Source of the DNA: an uncultured Actinomycetes bacterium
GTDB lineage: Bacteria; Actinomycetota; Thermoleophilia; UBA2241
Assembly: GCA_963709345.1 (NCBI GenBank)
Contig: CAVPVX010000007.1
Span: 320,001-384,000, forward strand
DNA: 64,000 bases
Direction: 5' to 3'
Shown: piece by piece, positions 1 through 9,724 of the stretch
How the letters are laid out: every line of letters begins with the position of its first letter
How positions within the stretch are numbered: position 1 is the first letter of the stretch
The notes under the pieces: generated by a model
The model's database searches: none
What the model saw: only the letters and a program-made list of their open reading frames with translations
What the model was told of the DNA's origin: nothing
Made by a program: the position numbers and the translations under genes

Positions 1-512
1 AACTGGGCTACGAGGCGGGGACGGGGATCATGGTCGGCATCCCCGGCCAGACCCAGCACAGCATCGCCGACGACATCGACCTCTTCCGCGGCATGGACAT
101 GGACATGATCGGACTGGGACCCTACCTGCCCCATCCGGCGACGCCCCTGGGGCAGGAGTTCGAGCGACGGCAGGCCGAAGGCGACTGGCCGCCGGATCAG
201 GCTCCCAACAGCGAGCTTATGACCTGCAAGGTCCTCGCGCTCACGCGCCTCGCGCGCCCAGACTCCAACCTCCCGGCGACGACGGCGCTCTCGCTGGTCA
301 ACAAGGCCGGAGGGCGCGCTCACGGCCTGGAGCGCGGCGGCAACGTGGTGATGCCCAATGTCACGCCGCCGAAGGAGCGCGAGAAGTACGAGATCTACCC
401 CGAGAAGGCAGCCGTGCACGAGACGGCCGAGGCCATCAACGAGAGCATCATGGCCCTCTTGGAGTCGCTCGGCCGCACGGTGGGCACCGGAGCCGGCGGC
501 CGCGGCTCCTGA
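1..512 (+). CDS. hydE: [FeFe]-hydrogenase H-cluster radical SAM maturase HydE (5'-truncated by window edge)
   Basis: Frame is open from the window start: LGYEAGTGIMVGIPGQT...DMIGLGPYLPHPATPL...PDSNLPATTA...GGNVVMPNVTP..REKYEIYPEK. These are HydE C-terminal motifs (YxxYPxK), not the PylB-type GANxVTS. Confidence 0.85.
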   Translation, partial: LGYEAGTGIMVGIPGQTQHSIADDIDLFRGMDMDMIGLGPYLPHPATPLGQEFERRQAEGDWPPDQAPNSELMTCKVLALTRLARPDSNLPATTALSLVNKAGGRAHGLERGGNVVMPNVTPPKEREKYEIYPEKAAVHETAEAINESIMALLESLGRTVGTGAGGRGS

Positions 513-605
513 GCAGCCCGGCCCGGCGAGGCCTCAAGACGGAGCGGCCGGGGCGCTCGCGCGCCCCGGCCGCTCCCGCTCCACTCAGTCTGCTGCGCTA
601 GAGCC

Positions 606-2270
606 TCACTTCGTCAGCTTGAACGCCCTGCCGTCCATCGGAGCCATCTGCGGGATGCCCATTCTCCGGAGCACCGTCGGAAGGACGTCGACGAGACGGA
701 AGGATGCAGTCCGATCCGCGTGCTTCATGCCCATGGCGTAGAACACCATCGGGATGCGCTGGACTTCTTTCTGCGCTCCACCGTGGTCGCCGTACACGCC
801 GTAGCCCGTCCGGTCCTTGAGCAGGCCGATGACGTCGGGCGCCGTCGGAGATGCCATCGTATTGACGAGCTTCTGACCGTTGGCAGTCCACCAGGAGCGC
901 TCGGCCCTGGTCATCTTGCCGGTCGACGCCAGCACATACCGGTCACCCCAGCGCACGTAGGTGGCGATGACGTCGGGCATGGTCTTCATCGCCGCGGCGG
1001 CCTCGGCCTTCTTGGCCCAACTGCGATCGATGAGCCAGGCCTCCATGGCTGTGGACTGATAACTGTAGGCCAGGTTACCCGTCGCGTTCAGCGGACCGAG
1101 GACGGCCTCGTTGTTGTCACCCGCAAGCCCGTAGTCCGTGTTCGCGCAGGTGTCGTTCGGATCGTAGTACCAGCTCTTCATGCCGCCACCGGCCACGTCG
1201 ACGTAATGCGCGTTCTTGGCGTGCGTCGCGCCGTGGTCGGCGAGGACGACGAAGAGCGTGCTGCTCCATTGACCCTCATCCCTGAGCGCCTGGATGACGC
1301 GGCCGACCTGGTCGTCCGCGTTCTTGGCGATCCAGGGCATGTGGACCTGAGCCATGATCGAGGATGGATCCCAGCCGTACCTGGCGACCGTATCGACGGA
1401 TCCGCCGCCCCACATGTGGCCGATCTTGTCGATACCGCTGAAGTTCAGGTGCATCGCGGACCAGTCTTCATGCTGCATCACGGCGATGGCCGCGTCGGCC
1501 ACCCAGTCGTCACCGCTCAGGTTGTCTTGGTAGGGGCCGGGGACCATGCGGCCGTCTTCCGGGTACAGGTAGGCGGGCATGTCCACGTCGGTGTCGTAGT
1601 AGTCCCAGGGGCCCTCTGAGCTATGGTTGCCCGTACTGATCTTGAACCGGTTGTCATCGGTGATGTAGCTGGGCACGTTGCCGCCGGAAGAGCCGCGGTA
1701 CTTGCCGGTCCAGTCCAGTTTCCAGCTCGGGTCGACGTCCTTCTTGCTGCCGAACGTCACCCAGATGTCGGAACTCGAGGCGGCCGTGGATGCCACCTGG
1801 TAGTACTTGCCACCGAAGTTGGCGACGACACTGCCGGGGAACTTCTCATGCATGTAGTCGCCGAGCTTGGGGTACCCCTCGGCTTCGACGAGCATCGTGT
1901 ACTGGTCATAGTTGAGGTCGCCGACGGTGACGATCGCACCCGCGCCGTAGCCGAGGACGTTCTTCGTGTCACGTATCACCTCGTCCGACCAGCCCATATG
2001 CTTGGGGAACTGGCCGCTGACGATGGTGTTGTGGCTGACGACCGTCTCCGATGCCATCTGGCCGACGGTGGCCTTCGTGAAGTTCTGGCCGTGCTTCTGC
2101 AGCCACAGGACGTTCGTCATGTTGTACTTCTTCGCGTACCCGGGCTTCATCTGGTCCATCGTGATGATGATGACCTTGGTCGGCCGCGCTGCAAGCGCAG
2201 CTCCGGCGGCCACGAGTAAGACGAGCAGTGCCGCGATGGCGAGCAGGAGTCCTCTGCGAACGACCGTCAT
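606..2270 (-). CDS. secreted alkaline phosphatase / nucleotide pyrophosphatase-superfamily protein
   Basis: Signal peptide; IIITMDQ, TVVSHNTIVSG, DKIGH, ADHG and GDHG metal-binding motifs. Confidence 0.8.
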   Translation of the reverse strand: MTVVRRGLLLAIAALLVLLVAAGAALAARPTKVIIITMDQMKPGYAKKYNMTNVLWLQKHGQNFTKATVGQMASETVVSHNTIVSGQFPKHMGWSDEVIRDTKNVLGYGAGAIVTVGDLNYDQYTMLVEAEGYPKLGDYMHEKFPGSVVANFGGKYYQVASTAASSSDIWVTFGSKKDVDPSWKLDWTGKYRGSSGGNVPSYITDDNRFKISTGNHSSEGPWDYYDTDVDMPAYLYPEDGRMVPGPYQDNLSGDDWVADAAIAVMQHEDWSAMHLNFSGIDKIGHMWGGGSVDTVARYGWDPSSIMAQVHMPWIAKNADDQVGRVIQALRDEGQWSSTLFVVLADHGATHAKNAHYVDVAGGGMKSWYYDPNDTCANTDYGLAGDNNEAVLGPLNATGNLAYSYQSTAMEAWLIDRSWAKKAEAAAAMKTMPDVIATYVRWGDRYVLASTGKMTRAERSWWTANGQKLVNTMASPTAPDVIGLLKDRTGYGVYGDHGGAQKEVQRIPMVFYAMGMKHADRTASFRLVDVLPTVLRRMGIPQMAPMDGRAFKLTK

Positions 2271-2460
2271 GTGTTCCCCCTTGTGCGAGCATTCTCCGCC
2301 CGGAGACCACGACCCAGATGACCGGGCAGTCCTACCATGGCGACCCTACGCTTGTGCGTTCTCGAATGTCAATGAAAGAAAGTGTGCACTTATGGAGAAT
2401 GTGAGCACCTCGGCGGCGGTAGCGCCACCGGCCATGTTCAGATAGAATCCGTCACCGCGT

Positions 2461-2537
<77 letters not shown>

Positions 2538-2540
2538 CCT

Positions 2541-2822
2541 TCAGCCCTTCTCGGCGTCCTCTTCGATCCCCAGCAGACGCGCGTACGCATCCGGGTTGTA
2601 CCCCACGATGAAGTCGGCCTCGCCGAATTTCGCGAACGGGAACGCCGACGCACCCCAGGCCCGCATCTCCTCCTGGATGTGCGCCTGCATCTCGCCGTCG
2701 GCAAGGTCGTAGTCGACGTAGTCGTACACGACGTGCTTGTCGTCGAGCCACGCCAGCGACTTCTTGCACCACGGGCAGGTGCTCAGCGTGTACAGCTCGA
2801 CCTTGATACTCTGCTCGGCCAC
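2541..2822 (-). CDS. glutaredoxin/NrdH-like protein (CPWC)
   Basis: YTLSTCPWCKK active site; FP and VGY motifs. Confidence 0.85.
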   Translation of the reverse strand: MAEQSIKVELYTLSTCPWCKKSLAWLDDKHVVYDYVDYDLADGEMQAHIQEEMRAWGASAFPFAKFGEADFIVGYNPDAYARLLGIEEDAEKG

Positions 2823-2851
2823 TCGCGTCTCCTCGCTCGGGACGGCGCGCC

Positions 2852-3109
2852 TCAGCTGCGTTTGAGCAGCCTGTCATACGCCGTCGGGTCGTATCCCTTG
2901 ACCACCCTCCCGCCGATACGCACGAAGGGAAAGCCGTCGGCGCCGGCGGCCTTCATCTCGGCGGAGATCGTGCGCTGCAGATCGGGGCCTGCGGTGTCGT
3001 ATTCGATGACCGAGGCCCTGATGCCTCGCTGCTTGAAGTAGTCCTTCGCCTTGCGGCTCCACCCGCAGGTCGTCAGCGAGTAGACCGCCACCGGTGGTGT
3101 CCTTCCCAT
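2852..3109 (-). CDS. glutaredoxin-like protein, monothiol CGWS paralog
   Basis: YSLTTCGWSRKAK; tandem paralog of the neighbouring glutaredoxin; GGAGG RBS. Confidence 0.8.
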   Translation of the reverse strand: MGRTPPVAVYSLTTCGWSRKAKDYFKQRGIRASVIEYDTAGPDLQRTISAEMKAAGADGFPFVRIGGRVVKGYDPTAYDRLLKRS

Positions 3110-3304
3110 CGTCATCCTCCGCGCGGGTCATGCCGCGCCGTCGTTGACCGTGATGCCGCTCTCGCAGGTATACCCCGGACTGCACGTTCGAAGGCCCGGC
3201 CACGCCCCCGACGGCAGCCGCGGTTGAAGCCGCCGCGGCGTGGCGATACTCCATCATGACGCGGCGCCGACCGTGGCGCCGCACCTCTATGCGCAGGAGG
3301 GACC

Positions 3305-4846
3305 ACGCCTCAGGGATCGCCACTCCATTCCGGAGAGGCCGCCGCAGCCGCCATCGTCTGGCTGCGGCGCGATTTGCGCATCGCCGACAACCCGGCTCTG
3401 CTCGCCGGTCTGGAGCGAGCGTCGCGGAGCAGCGGCGGTCTGCTCCCGGTCTACATCTGGGAAGGCGCCGGAGGGAGAGCATGGGCCCCCGGAGCGGCTG
3501 CGCGCTGGTGGCTCTGGCGCTCGCTGCGCGCCCTGGACGCGGACCTGGTCCGGCGCGGCTCGCGGCTCGCCGTCGAGCGCGGGGATCCGGCGAGCATCTT
3601 GCCGGGTCTGGCGCGACAGGCCGGAGCCGGCGTGGTCGTGTGGGCCTCCGGCCTCGACCCCGAAGAGCTCGCCGACGACGAGCGCGTGGCGGCGGCGCTG
3701 CGCGCCGCCGCCATCGAGTCTCTCGTCGTCCCGCAGGCGAACCTGCTCTTCGATCCGGCCGCGCGACGCACGCGCGAAGGGCGGCCGTACACGGTCTTCA
3801 CGCCGTTCTGGCGCAGCTGTCTCACCGGCCCCGCGACACCCGAGCCTCACCCGGAGCCCCACGCCTTGCCGCCGGCGCCGGCGCGGCCTGTGGGCCTCCC
3901 CCTTGCCGCGCTCGAGCGCGAGGCCGTCCGGCCGTGGTCCGCCGGCCTCGACGAGGTCTGGACCCCGGGCGAGACCGGCGCCCACGCGCGCCTCGCCGGG
4001 TTCCTGGACGGACCTCTCGCGGGATACGCCGCCGACCGCGACCGCCCGGACCTCGAGGCGAGCTCGCGTCTCTCACCGCATCTGCGCTGGGGCGAGCTGA
4101 GCGCCCGCCAGGTGTGGCACGCCGTCGCCGGCGTGCTCGCCGAGGCGGGCCTCGATCTCGAAGCGGCCGTAGGACCTCCGGGGTGGAGCAAAGAGCAGGC
4201 GCCGGGTCTGCGACGTTCCACCGGCGCCTTCCTGCGCCAGCTGGGCTGGCGGGAGTTCGGCCACCACCTGCTGCGGCACTTCCCCGAGACGCCGGAGCGG
4301 CCGCTGCACGAGCGCTTCTCCGCCTTCCCCTGGCGCGACGACCCGGACGAGCGCGAGGCGTGGCGGCGCGGGCGCACCGGCTACCCGGTCGTCGACGCGG
4401 GGCTGCGCGAGCTGTGGACGACCGGCTGGATGCACAACCGCGCACGGCTGCTCGCCGGCTCGTTCCTCGTCAAGGACCTGCTTCTGCCCTGGCAGGACGG
4501 CGCCGCGTGGTTCTGGGACACCCTCGTCGACGCCGACCTCGCAAACAACACACTGGGGTGGCAGTGGGTGGCGGGCTGCGGGGCCGACGCGGCGCCGTAC
4601 TTCCGCGTCTTCAACCCTGTGACCCAGAGCCGGCGCTTCGACCCGGACGGCGCGTACGTCCGCCGCTGGGCGCCCGAGATCGCGGAGCTCGATACGCCGC
4701 ACCTGCATGCGCCGTGGGAGGCGCCGCAGGCCGCGCTCGTCGCCGCCGGAGTGCGACTCGATGCGACGTACCCGGAGCCGCTCGTAGAGCACGGCGAGGC
4801 TCGCTTGCGCGCGCTCGCCGCCTACGAAGCCGTCCGGGCACACTGA
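3305..4846 (+). CDS. phrB: deoxyribodipyrimidine photolyase (class I CPD type); start codon appears to be ACG
   Basis: IVWLRRDLRIADNPAL, SRLSPHLRWGE, WREF, TGYPVVDAG, GWMHNRAR and PYFRVFNP motifs. No canonical start lies upstream of the N-terminal motif; an in-frame ACG follows AGGAGGGACC. Confidence 0.9.
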   Translation, partial: TPQGSPLHSGEAAAAAIVWLRRDLRIADNPALLAGLERASRSSGGLLPVYIWEGAGGRAWAPGAAARWWLWRSLRALDADLVRRGSRLAVERGDPASILPGLARQAGAGVVVWASGLDPEELADDERVAAALRAAAIESLVVPQANLLFDPAARRTREGRPYTVFTPFWRSCLTGPATPEPHPEPHALPPAPARPVGLPLAALEREAVRPWSAGLDEVWTPGETGAHARLAGFLDGPLAGYAADRDRPDLEASSRLSPHLRWGELSARQVWHAVAGVLAEAGLDLEAAVGPPGWSKEQAPGLRRSTGAFLRQLGWREFGHHLLRHFPETPERPLHERFSAFPWRDDPDEREAWRRGRTGYPVVDAGLRELWTTGWMHNRARLLAGSFLVKDLLLPWQDGAAWFWDTLVDADLANNTLGWQWVAGCGADAAPYFRVFNPVTQSRRFDPDGAYVRRWAPEIAELDTPHLHAPWEAPQAALVAAGVRLDATYPEPLVEHGEARLRALAAYEAVRAH

Positions 4847-4910
4847 CCGGACTGCCGGCGGCGTCGCCAGACGCCGGACCGGCGGACCGCCCCCCGCCGG
4901 AGCACGGACC

Positions 4911-5393
4911 TCAGCCGAGCGTGACGATCCGGGGCTCCGGCCGGCCGGCCGACCCGACGGTGAGCAAGGCGCACGTGCGCGGCCCGCCGAAGCGCGCCCT
5001 GCCTGCGGAGCCGGGGTTGAGGAAGAGCGTCTCCCCCCTCCACTCGACGGCGGCCCGGTGGCTGTGGCCGCTGACGACCACGTCGTACCCCTCCGTCACG
5101 GGGTCGTGGCGCCCCATGAGACTCGACAAGATGTGGCAGACGATGATGCGCAGGCCGGCGACCTCCGCCTCGGCCTGCAAGGGTAGATCCTCCCACGAAG
5201 GCGGATCGGTGTTGCCGGCAACGACGGTGAGCGGCGCCAGCGCCTCAAGACGAGGCAGCACGCCGCTGCCCACATCGCCCGCATGCACGATGTGCAGCGC
5301 TCCGGCGAACAGGGCGTCGAGCTGGTCGTCGTAATGGCCGTGCGTGTCGCTGACGACGCCGATGACGGCGGCTTGGCCGGCTGAGGTCTCCAC
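4911..5393 (-). CDS. YfcE-like metallophosphoesterase
   Basis: SDTHG, HAGD, GNTD, GHSH and NPGS motifs. Confidence 0.85.
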   Translation of the reverse strand: METSAGQAAVIGVVSDTHGHYDDQLDALFAGALHIVHAGDVGSGVLPRLEALAPLTVVAGNTDPPSWEDLPLQAEAEVAGLRIIVCHILSSLMGRHDPVTEGYDVVVSGHSHRAAVEWRGETLFLNPGSAGRARFGGPRTCALLTVGSAGRPEPRIVTLG

Positions 5394-5450
5394 ACAGATA
5401 GGATACAGGGAGTCGCGGACGACAGCAGGCGGACGAACAGGGAGGACGTC

Positions 5451-6170
5451 ATGGCGGGTCTTGCCGGCAAGCGCGTGGTGATCACCGGCGGCACCAGCGG
5501 GATCGGCGCCGCGACGGCGCAGCGGTTTCGCGACGAGGGGTGCGAGGTCGTCATCCTGGCGCGCCGCCCGGGGCCGGACGTCGTCCAGTGTGACGTGAGC
5601 GACCGGGAGCAGGTCGAGCGTGCCTTCGCGAGCATCGGCAGCCTCGACGTGCTCATCGACAACGCCGGGACGAGCGTGCGGAGCCCGGCGGTCGACATCG
5701 GCGCCGGCCAGTGGGACCAGGTCATCGCGACCAACCTGAGCGGCGCCTTCTGGGTCGCCCAGGCCGCCGGTCGCGCGATGCTCGCCGGCGACGGTGGCGT
5801 GATCCTCTTCACCGCCTCGACGAACGCCCTCGTCGGCTACCGGTACTACGCCGACTACAACGCCAGCAAAGCCGGGCTCGTGGCGCTCACCAGGTCGCTG
5901 GCGCTGGAGTGGGCGCCCCGGATCCGTGTCAACGCCGTCTGCCCCGGCTACGTGCTCACGCCGATGCAGGAGGCGGAGTACACGCCGGAGATGCTCGACG
6001 AGGTGAACCGGCGCATCCCGCTCGGGCGTCACGCGATGCCCGAGGAGCTCGCCGGCCTCTTCGCCTATCTCGCCGGCGACGAAGCCGCGTACTTCACCGG
6101 CTCGGTGATCGTGATGGACGGCGGCGAGACCGCCGGCAGCGTCGTGAGCGGCGGCGGGCCCGGCTCCTGA
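5451..6170 (+). CDS. short-chain dehydrogenase/reductase
   Basis: TGGTSGIG, DNAG, YNASK and VNAVCPG motifs. Confidence 0.9.
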   Translation: MAGLAGKRVVITGGTSGIGAATAQRFRDEGCEVVILARRPGPDVVQCDVSDREQVERAFASIGSLDVLIDNAGTSVRSPAVDIGAGQWDQVIATNLSGAFWVAQAAGRAMLAGDGGVILFTASTNALVGYRYYADYNASKAGLVALTRSLALEWAPRIRVNAVCPGYVLTPMQEAEYTPEMLDEVNRRIPLGRHAMPEELAGLFAYLAGDEAAYFTGSVIVMDGGETAGSVVSGGGPGS

Positions 6171-6246
6171 CGCCCGGGGGTCGTCACACCGGGTCCTTCG
6201 CCGGGGTGCTCACACCGGGCTCCACGTCATCGGCCGTCCGGCCTGA

Positions 6247-6735
6247 TCACGTGGCGGCGCTGAACACCAGCGACTCGGCGCCGTCGGAGCCGAACAGGGT
6301 CAGCGTGTTCCCCGCCAGGTGGACGGAGGCCGCATCCTCCAGCAGCCGCAGATAGACCGACTCCGCCTCCATGTCGGCCTCGGGGCCGGCCATCATCGTC
6401 ACGGCCGGCTTGCCGGCCGAGAAGTCGTTGCCGGGGCCGGTCGTGTACGAGCCGGAGTACGTGTTCACGGCGCTCGTCCCGGATACTTGACCGTCGGCGA
6501 AGGCCGCCGTGATCGTGAAGTCGAGGGGGTCGAGTCCACTCTCGCGCCAGCGCACGAGGGTCCACTCGGTGCCCTCCAGGTCGACGGCCTCGGGCTCGCC
6601 CGATCCGCCGCCGGTACCGTCGTCCGCCCCGTCGCCCCCGCACCCGCCGAGGCAGAACAGCGCTGCTGCCGCCGCCACGACCGCCGCGATGACGATGGCC
6701 ATCGTCACACGCCGTCTGAGCCAAGAGAGTGTCAT
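6247..6735 (-). CDS. META/HslJ-domain lipoprotein
   Basis: Lipobox LGGC; LEGTEWTL...G.S..NTYSGSY...TMMAG..E..YL..L pattern. Confidence 0.75.
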   Translation of the reverse strand: MTLSWLRRRVTMAIVIAAVVAAAAALFCLGGCGGDGADDGTGGGSGEPEAVDLEGTEWTLVRWRESGLDPLDFTITAAFADGQVSGTSAVNTYSGSYTTGPGNDFSAGKPAVTMMAGPEADMEAESVYLRLLEDAASVHLAGNTLTLFGSDGAESLVFSAAT

Positions 6736-6856
6736 CGCCCCCGCCTTTCGCCATCGACGTCGACGCACCCGGCCGACCGCCATCCCGTTTGGCAGGGAAG
6801 ATAGCACGGTCGTGCCGTGAGCAGGGATGTCGGAGCGGCGCCGCGGGAGAAAACGC

Positions 6857-6933
6857 TGGTAGCGGCGGTAGGACTCGAACCTACGACACGCGGATTATGA
6901 TTCCGCTGCTCTGACCACCTGAGCTACGCCGCC
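6857..6933 (-). tRNA. tRNA-Met(CAT), elongator type
   Basis: Reverse complement GGCGGCGTAGCTCAG...GCGGA-ATCATAA-TCCGC...GGTTCGAGTCC...GCCGCTACCA. Confidence 0.93.
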
Positions 6934-7180
6934 ACGGCGGATGCCTACGGTACCACAGGCACATTTGGCGCTCAATCCGCACCCGGAGCGGCCGCTCACC
7001 GGCCTTCGGCCAGGGCCGGCGGCCGCGTTCAGCGGCGTCATCCCGACCAGATGACGGCGCTCTCACGCGTCCGCGATGCAGATGCCGGCGCCTGTGTGCG
7101 ATCAGCCCACCCGCGCACCATGGCGAGCGCCCGTCGCGGTTGAAAGCGCCCCCGCTTTCGCGTAGGATTCCACGGCTCCC

Positions 7181-7264
7181 GGGGGAGTGCCCGAGTGGTT
7201 AAGGGGGCGGACTGTAAATCCGTTGGCGCAGCCTACCCAGGTTCAAATCCTGGCTCCCCCACCA
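7181..7264 (+). tRNA. tRNA-Tyr(GTA)
   Basis: GGGGGAG/CTCCCCC acceptor stem; CTGTAAA loop; long variable arm; CCA. Confidence 0.96.
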
Positions 7265-7268
7265 GCTA

Positions 7269-7344
7269 GCCCGGTTAGCTCAGTCGGCAGAGCACCTCCA
7301 TGGTAAGGAGGGGGTCCGCGGTTCGAGTCCGCGACCGGGCTCCA
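7269..7344 (+). tRNA. tRNA-Thr(GGT)
   Basis: CCTCC-ATGGTAA-GGAGG anticodon arm; TCCA end. Confidence 0.96.
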
Positions 7345-7622
7345 AGACTTCCCCGCTCATCGGCACTTTCTACCCGCTGCCTCTTCGCCACCAGCACCAA
7401 CCGCACCCAATTCCGCACCTTGCGGCGAGCCGTTCGCGGACCGTCCGCAGGCCGCTCGCGCGCTTTGATAGCCCGCCGGCACGAGCTCGGAGGACGACGG
7501 CAGCCGCGACCGCGGCATACGTCCTGAAGAAGCCGGCCTGGCCTGGCGCCACCTGGTGAGGATGGCCGGCCGTCGATCGGCCGGCACCGTCGCGGGGTCC
7601 ACCAGGGTCCGCCCAGCGGCAT

Positions 7623-7658
7623 GAGGCCTCCGGCGCAGATAGCTGCGCCGGAGGCCTC
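7623..7658. terminator. strong hairpin, probable terminator of the 7665-8114 gene
   Basis: GAGGCCTCCGGCGCAG-ATAG-CTGCGCCGGAGGCCTC, a perfect 16-bp stem. Confidence 0.6.
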
Positions 7659-7664
7659 TGCGCG

Positions 7665-8114
7665 TCAGCGCTTCTCGAGGAGCGTCACGGTCCAGTCGCA
7701 GTTGGCCGACTCGACCTGAACGATGTAGTCACCGGCGTCCTTGTCCAGCATGCTCGAATCGGAGCCGGCCTCGTCGGGCCACGCCGCTGGGAAGCCACCA
7801 TCCTTCTCAAGATCCCAGTCGGCCTGTTCGACGTAGGCGGCCATGACCGGCATCGTCTCGCCTTCCATGGTGAACTCCAGCTTCTGCTCACCGCCCTCGA
7901 GCGTGAACGACGGAGACCGCTTGCTCGCAGATCCGTTCATGGACATGACCTCGACCCACCCGCCATCGCCGCCCGACTCATCTGCTGTAGGCTCTGTCGT
8001 GGCGCCGTCTGCCGATCCGTTGTCAGCGGGCGTCGTGGTGGTGGTCTCCCCACCGCATGCAGCCACTGAGACCGCCAAGATGAGGATGGTCAGGAGGATG
8101 AACAGACGCTTCAC
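7665..8114 (-). CDS. hypothetical lipoprotein
   Basis: Signal peptide with VAAC lipobox, Thr-rich linker and beta-rich domain; typical codon usage. Confidence 0.75.
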   Translation of the reverse strand: MKRLFILLTILILAVSVAACGGETTTTTPADNGSADGATTEPTADESGGDGGWVEVMSMNGSASKRSPSFTLEGGEQKLEFTMEGETMPVMAAYVEQADWDLEKDGGFPAAWPDEAGSDSSMLDKDAGDYIVQVESANCDWTVTLLEKR

Positions 8115-8237
8115 CGAATGCCCCTTCCGTTCGCCAAGCGAGCCCCTCCGCCCGCTCGTTGCAGGACGATGGTACACCACGACGGCGACGGAACCACGTG
8201 ATGTGGCGGCCCGGTGAATACGCGCGTATGTTCGTGT

Positions 8238-8570
8238 TCAATTGCGCGGGACGACCTGATCGAGGCGCTCGAGGCAGAGCTCGTCGGGCGGGAGTCGTGA
8301 AAAGCGCGACAGAGCGACTCTGCATCGTCCCCCCGTGGTCGCCGAGCGTGAACGCGCTGTACGCTTCGGCTCAACGTGCGCGACCACAATGGCGGCGATG
8401 TGGCTTCGCGGTGGGGCCTCCGCCGGCAGCGCGACGACGAGCTCATCCACCTGCGCCGCAGAGACCTCCGCCAGGATCTCGACCCCTGCAGAGGTGTTGC
8501 GCACCCACCCGGTCACGCCGCACACGCTCAGGCGGACGGCGCGAGGGTCTGTTGTCGACGCGTCGCTCAC
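8238..8570 (-). pseudogene. remnant of a HypF-type acylphosphatase domain
   Basis: GWVRNTSAGVEILAE...L..EAPP.S.I motif present; GxVQGVGFR and the downstream HypF domains are absent. Confidence 0.5.
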
Positions 8571-8633
8571 CGCACCGCCGCGATACCGAAGGGCACGCGC
8601 CCGACGCGCCCTTCGCTGGACCGCCGGCGTTGC

Positions 8634-9560
8634 TCACTCCGGGCAGCGGAACTGCAGATCGTCCTTGTAGTGGAGCTCGCCGCACTCGGGACAGCGCAGC
8701 TCGTACCAGAACCCGATGGCGACCTGATGCCGTTCGCAGAACTTGATGCGCGCGGCGAGGACCTCGAGCTCGGGGGCGCCGCACGCCATGCAGGTGAGCA
8801 GCACATCGTCGCCCAGGTCGTAGGCTTGCTCCAGTCGCTGCATGGCCCCCGTGGCGCCCTCGTGCGCCGGGAGCTCGTCCTCGTGGCCGCACCCGTCCGT
8901 CCCGGGCGGCACCTCCGCAAGCTCGAGCGCCGTCACCAGCCCGGGTAGAAACGCAAGGGTGCGACGGGCGCGGCGCAGATTCTCCTGGAAGCGGCAGCCG
9001 CCCGGCTCCTCGCCTATGAGCTCGCACTCGTGACGCTCCACGAGCTTGTGCCGCGTGACGAAGCAGCGCATGTCGATGTGGTCGACCTCGACCGGCTCGA
9101 TGTGCACCGTGCGCGGGCGGCCACGGCCGCGATGGTAGTCGTGTGGCGGCACCAGCGAAAGACACCCGATCTTCGCGTCCGCCTCAAGCGCGGCAACCGC
9201 CTTGTCCAGCCATCCCGGCTGGAACACGAGGGTGTCGTCGACCCTCACCAGATAGTCGCCCTCGACGAGGCGATGCAGGCGGTCGAGGCCGCAGTGCTCG
9301 CCGTGGGCGGAGCCGCTGTCGAGCTCGAAGCCGCTGATGCGGCCGCGCAGGTACTGACGCACCAGGTATGTTGCCACCTGCTCAGGCGCGTCATTGGCGA
9401 ACACGGCGAGCTCCCACGGGTCGTCCACCGTCTCGCGGATGCCGCGAAGGACAGTCCGCAGGGCCGGCACGCCATGACTCGTGAAGACCACGATGCCGGC
9501 GCTTGCAGGCGGTGTGCCCGCAGAGCCCCGCTCGCCGGCCAGGCTGCGCCCGCCGGTCAC
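8634..9560 (-). CDS. GT-A (family 2-like) glycosyltransferase domain with a C-terminal zinc ribbon
   Basis: GDYLVRVDDT...PGWLD; C-terminal CMAC...CERH...CPEC; GTG start overlaps the upstream TGA. Confidence 0.6.
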   Translation of the reverse strand: MTGGRSLAGERGSAGTPPASAGIVVFTSHGVPALRTVLRGIRETVDDPWELAVFANDAPEQVATYLVRQYLRGRISGFELDSGSAHGEHCGLDRLHRLVEGDYLVRVDDTLVFQPGWLDKAVAALEADAKIGCLSLVPPHDYHRGRGRPRTVHIEPVEVDHIDMRCFVTRHKLVERHECELIGEEPGGCRFQENLRRARRTLAFLPGLVTALELAEVPPGTDGCGHEDELPAHEGATGAMQRLEQAYDLGDDVLLTCMACGAPELEVLAARIKFCERHQVAIGFWYELRCPECGELHYKDDLQFRCPE

Positions 9561-9724
9561 GCCGCCCCGCGTTTCTCGCGGACCATGCCGACGACACGCT
9601 CGGCGGTGGCGGCCACCGGAAGCGAGAGCTCCACGCCCGGCTTCTCCATGAGCGCCCTGGTGGAGATGTCGTAGGCCTTGCCGGTCGCTTCGGCGGAGCA
9701 CCCCGGATAGTACAGATACCTCAT
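9557..9724 (-). pseudogene. truncated heterodisulfide reductase subunit B-like remnant
   Basis: MRYLYYPGCSAEATGKAYDISTRALMEKPGVEL is an HdrB N-terminus; only ~55 aa remain. Confidence 0.7.

Noticed and set aside
1-512. Radical SAM fragment as PylB
   Set aside because: The motifs (MVGxPGQT, GPxxPHPxTPL, PATTA, MPNxTP, YxxYPxK) are HydE-type, not PylB-type.
2541-3109. Selenocysteine in the glutaredoxins
   Set aside because: Active sites are CPWC and CGWS with no in-frame TGA.
6184-6220. TCACACCGGG direct repeat as CRISPR or mobile repeat
   Set aside because: Only two short copies between convergent genes. No array, cas gene, transposase or integrase was seen anywhere in the window.
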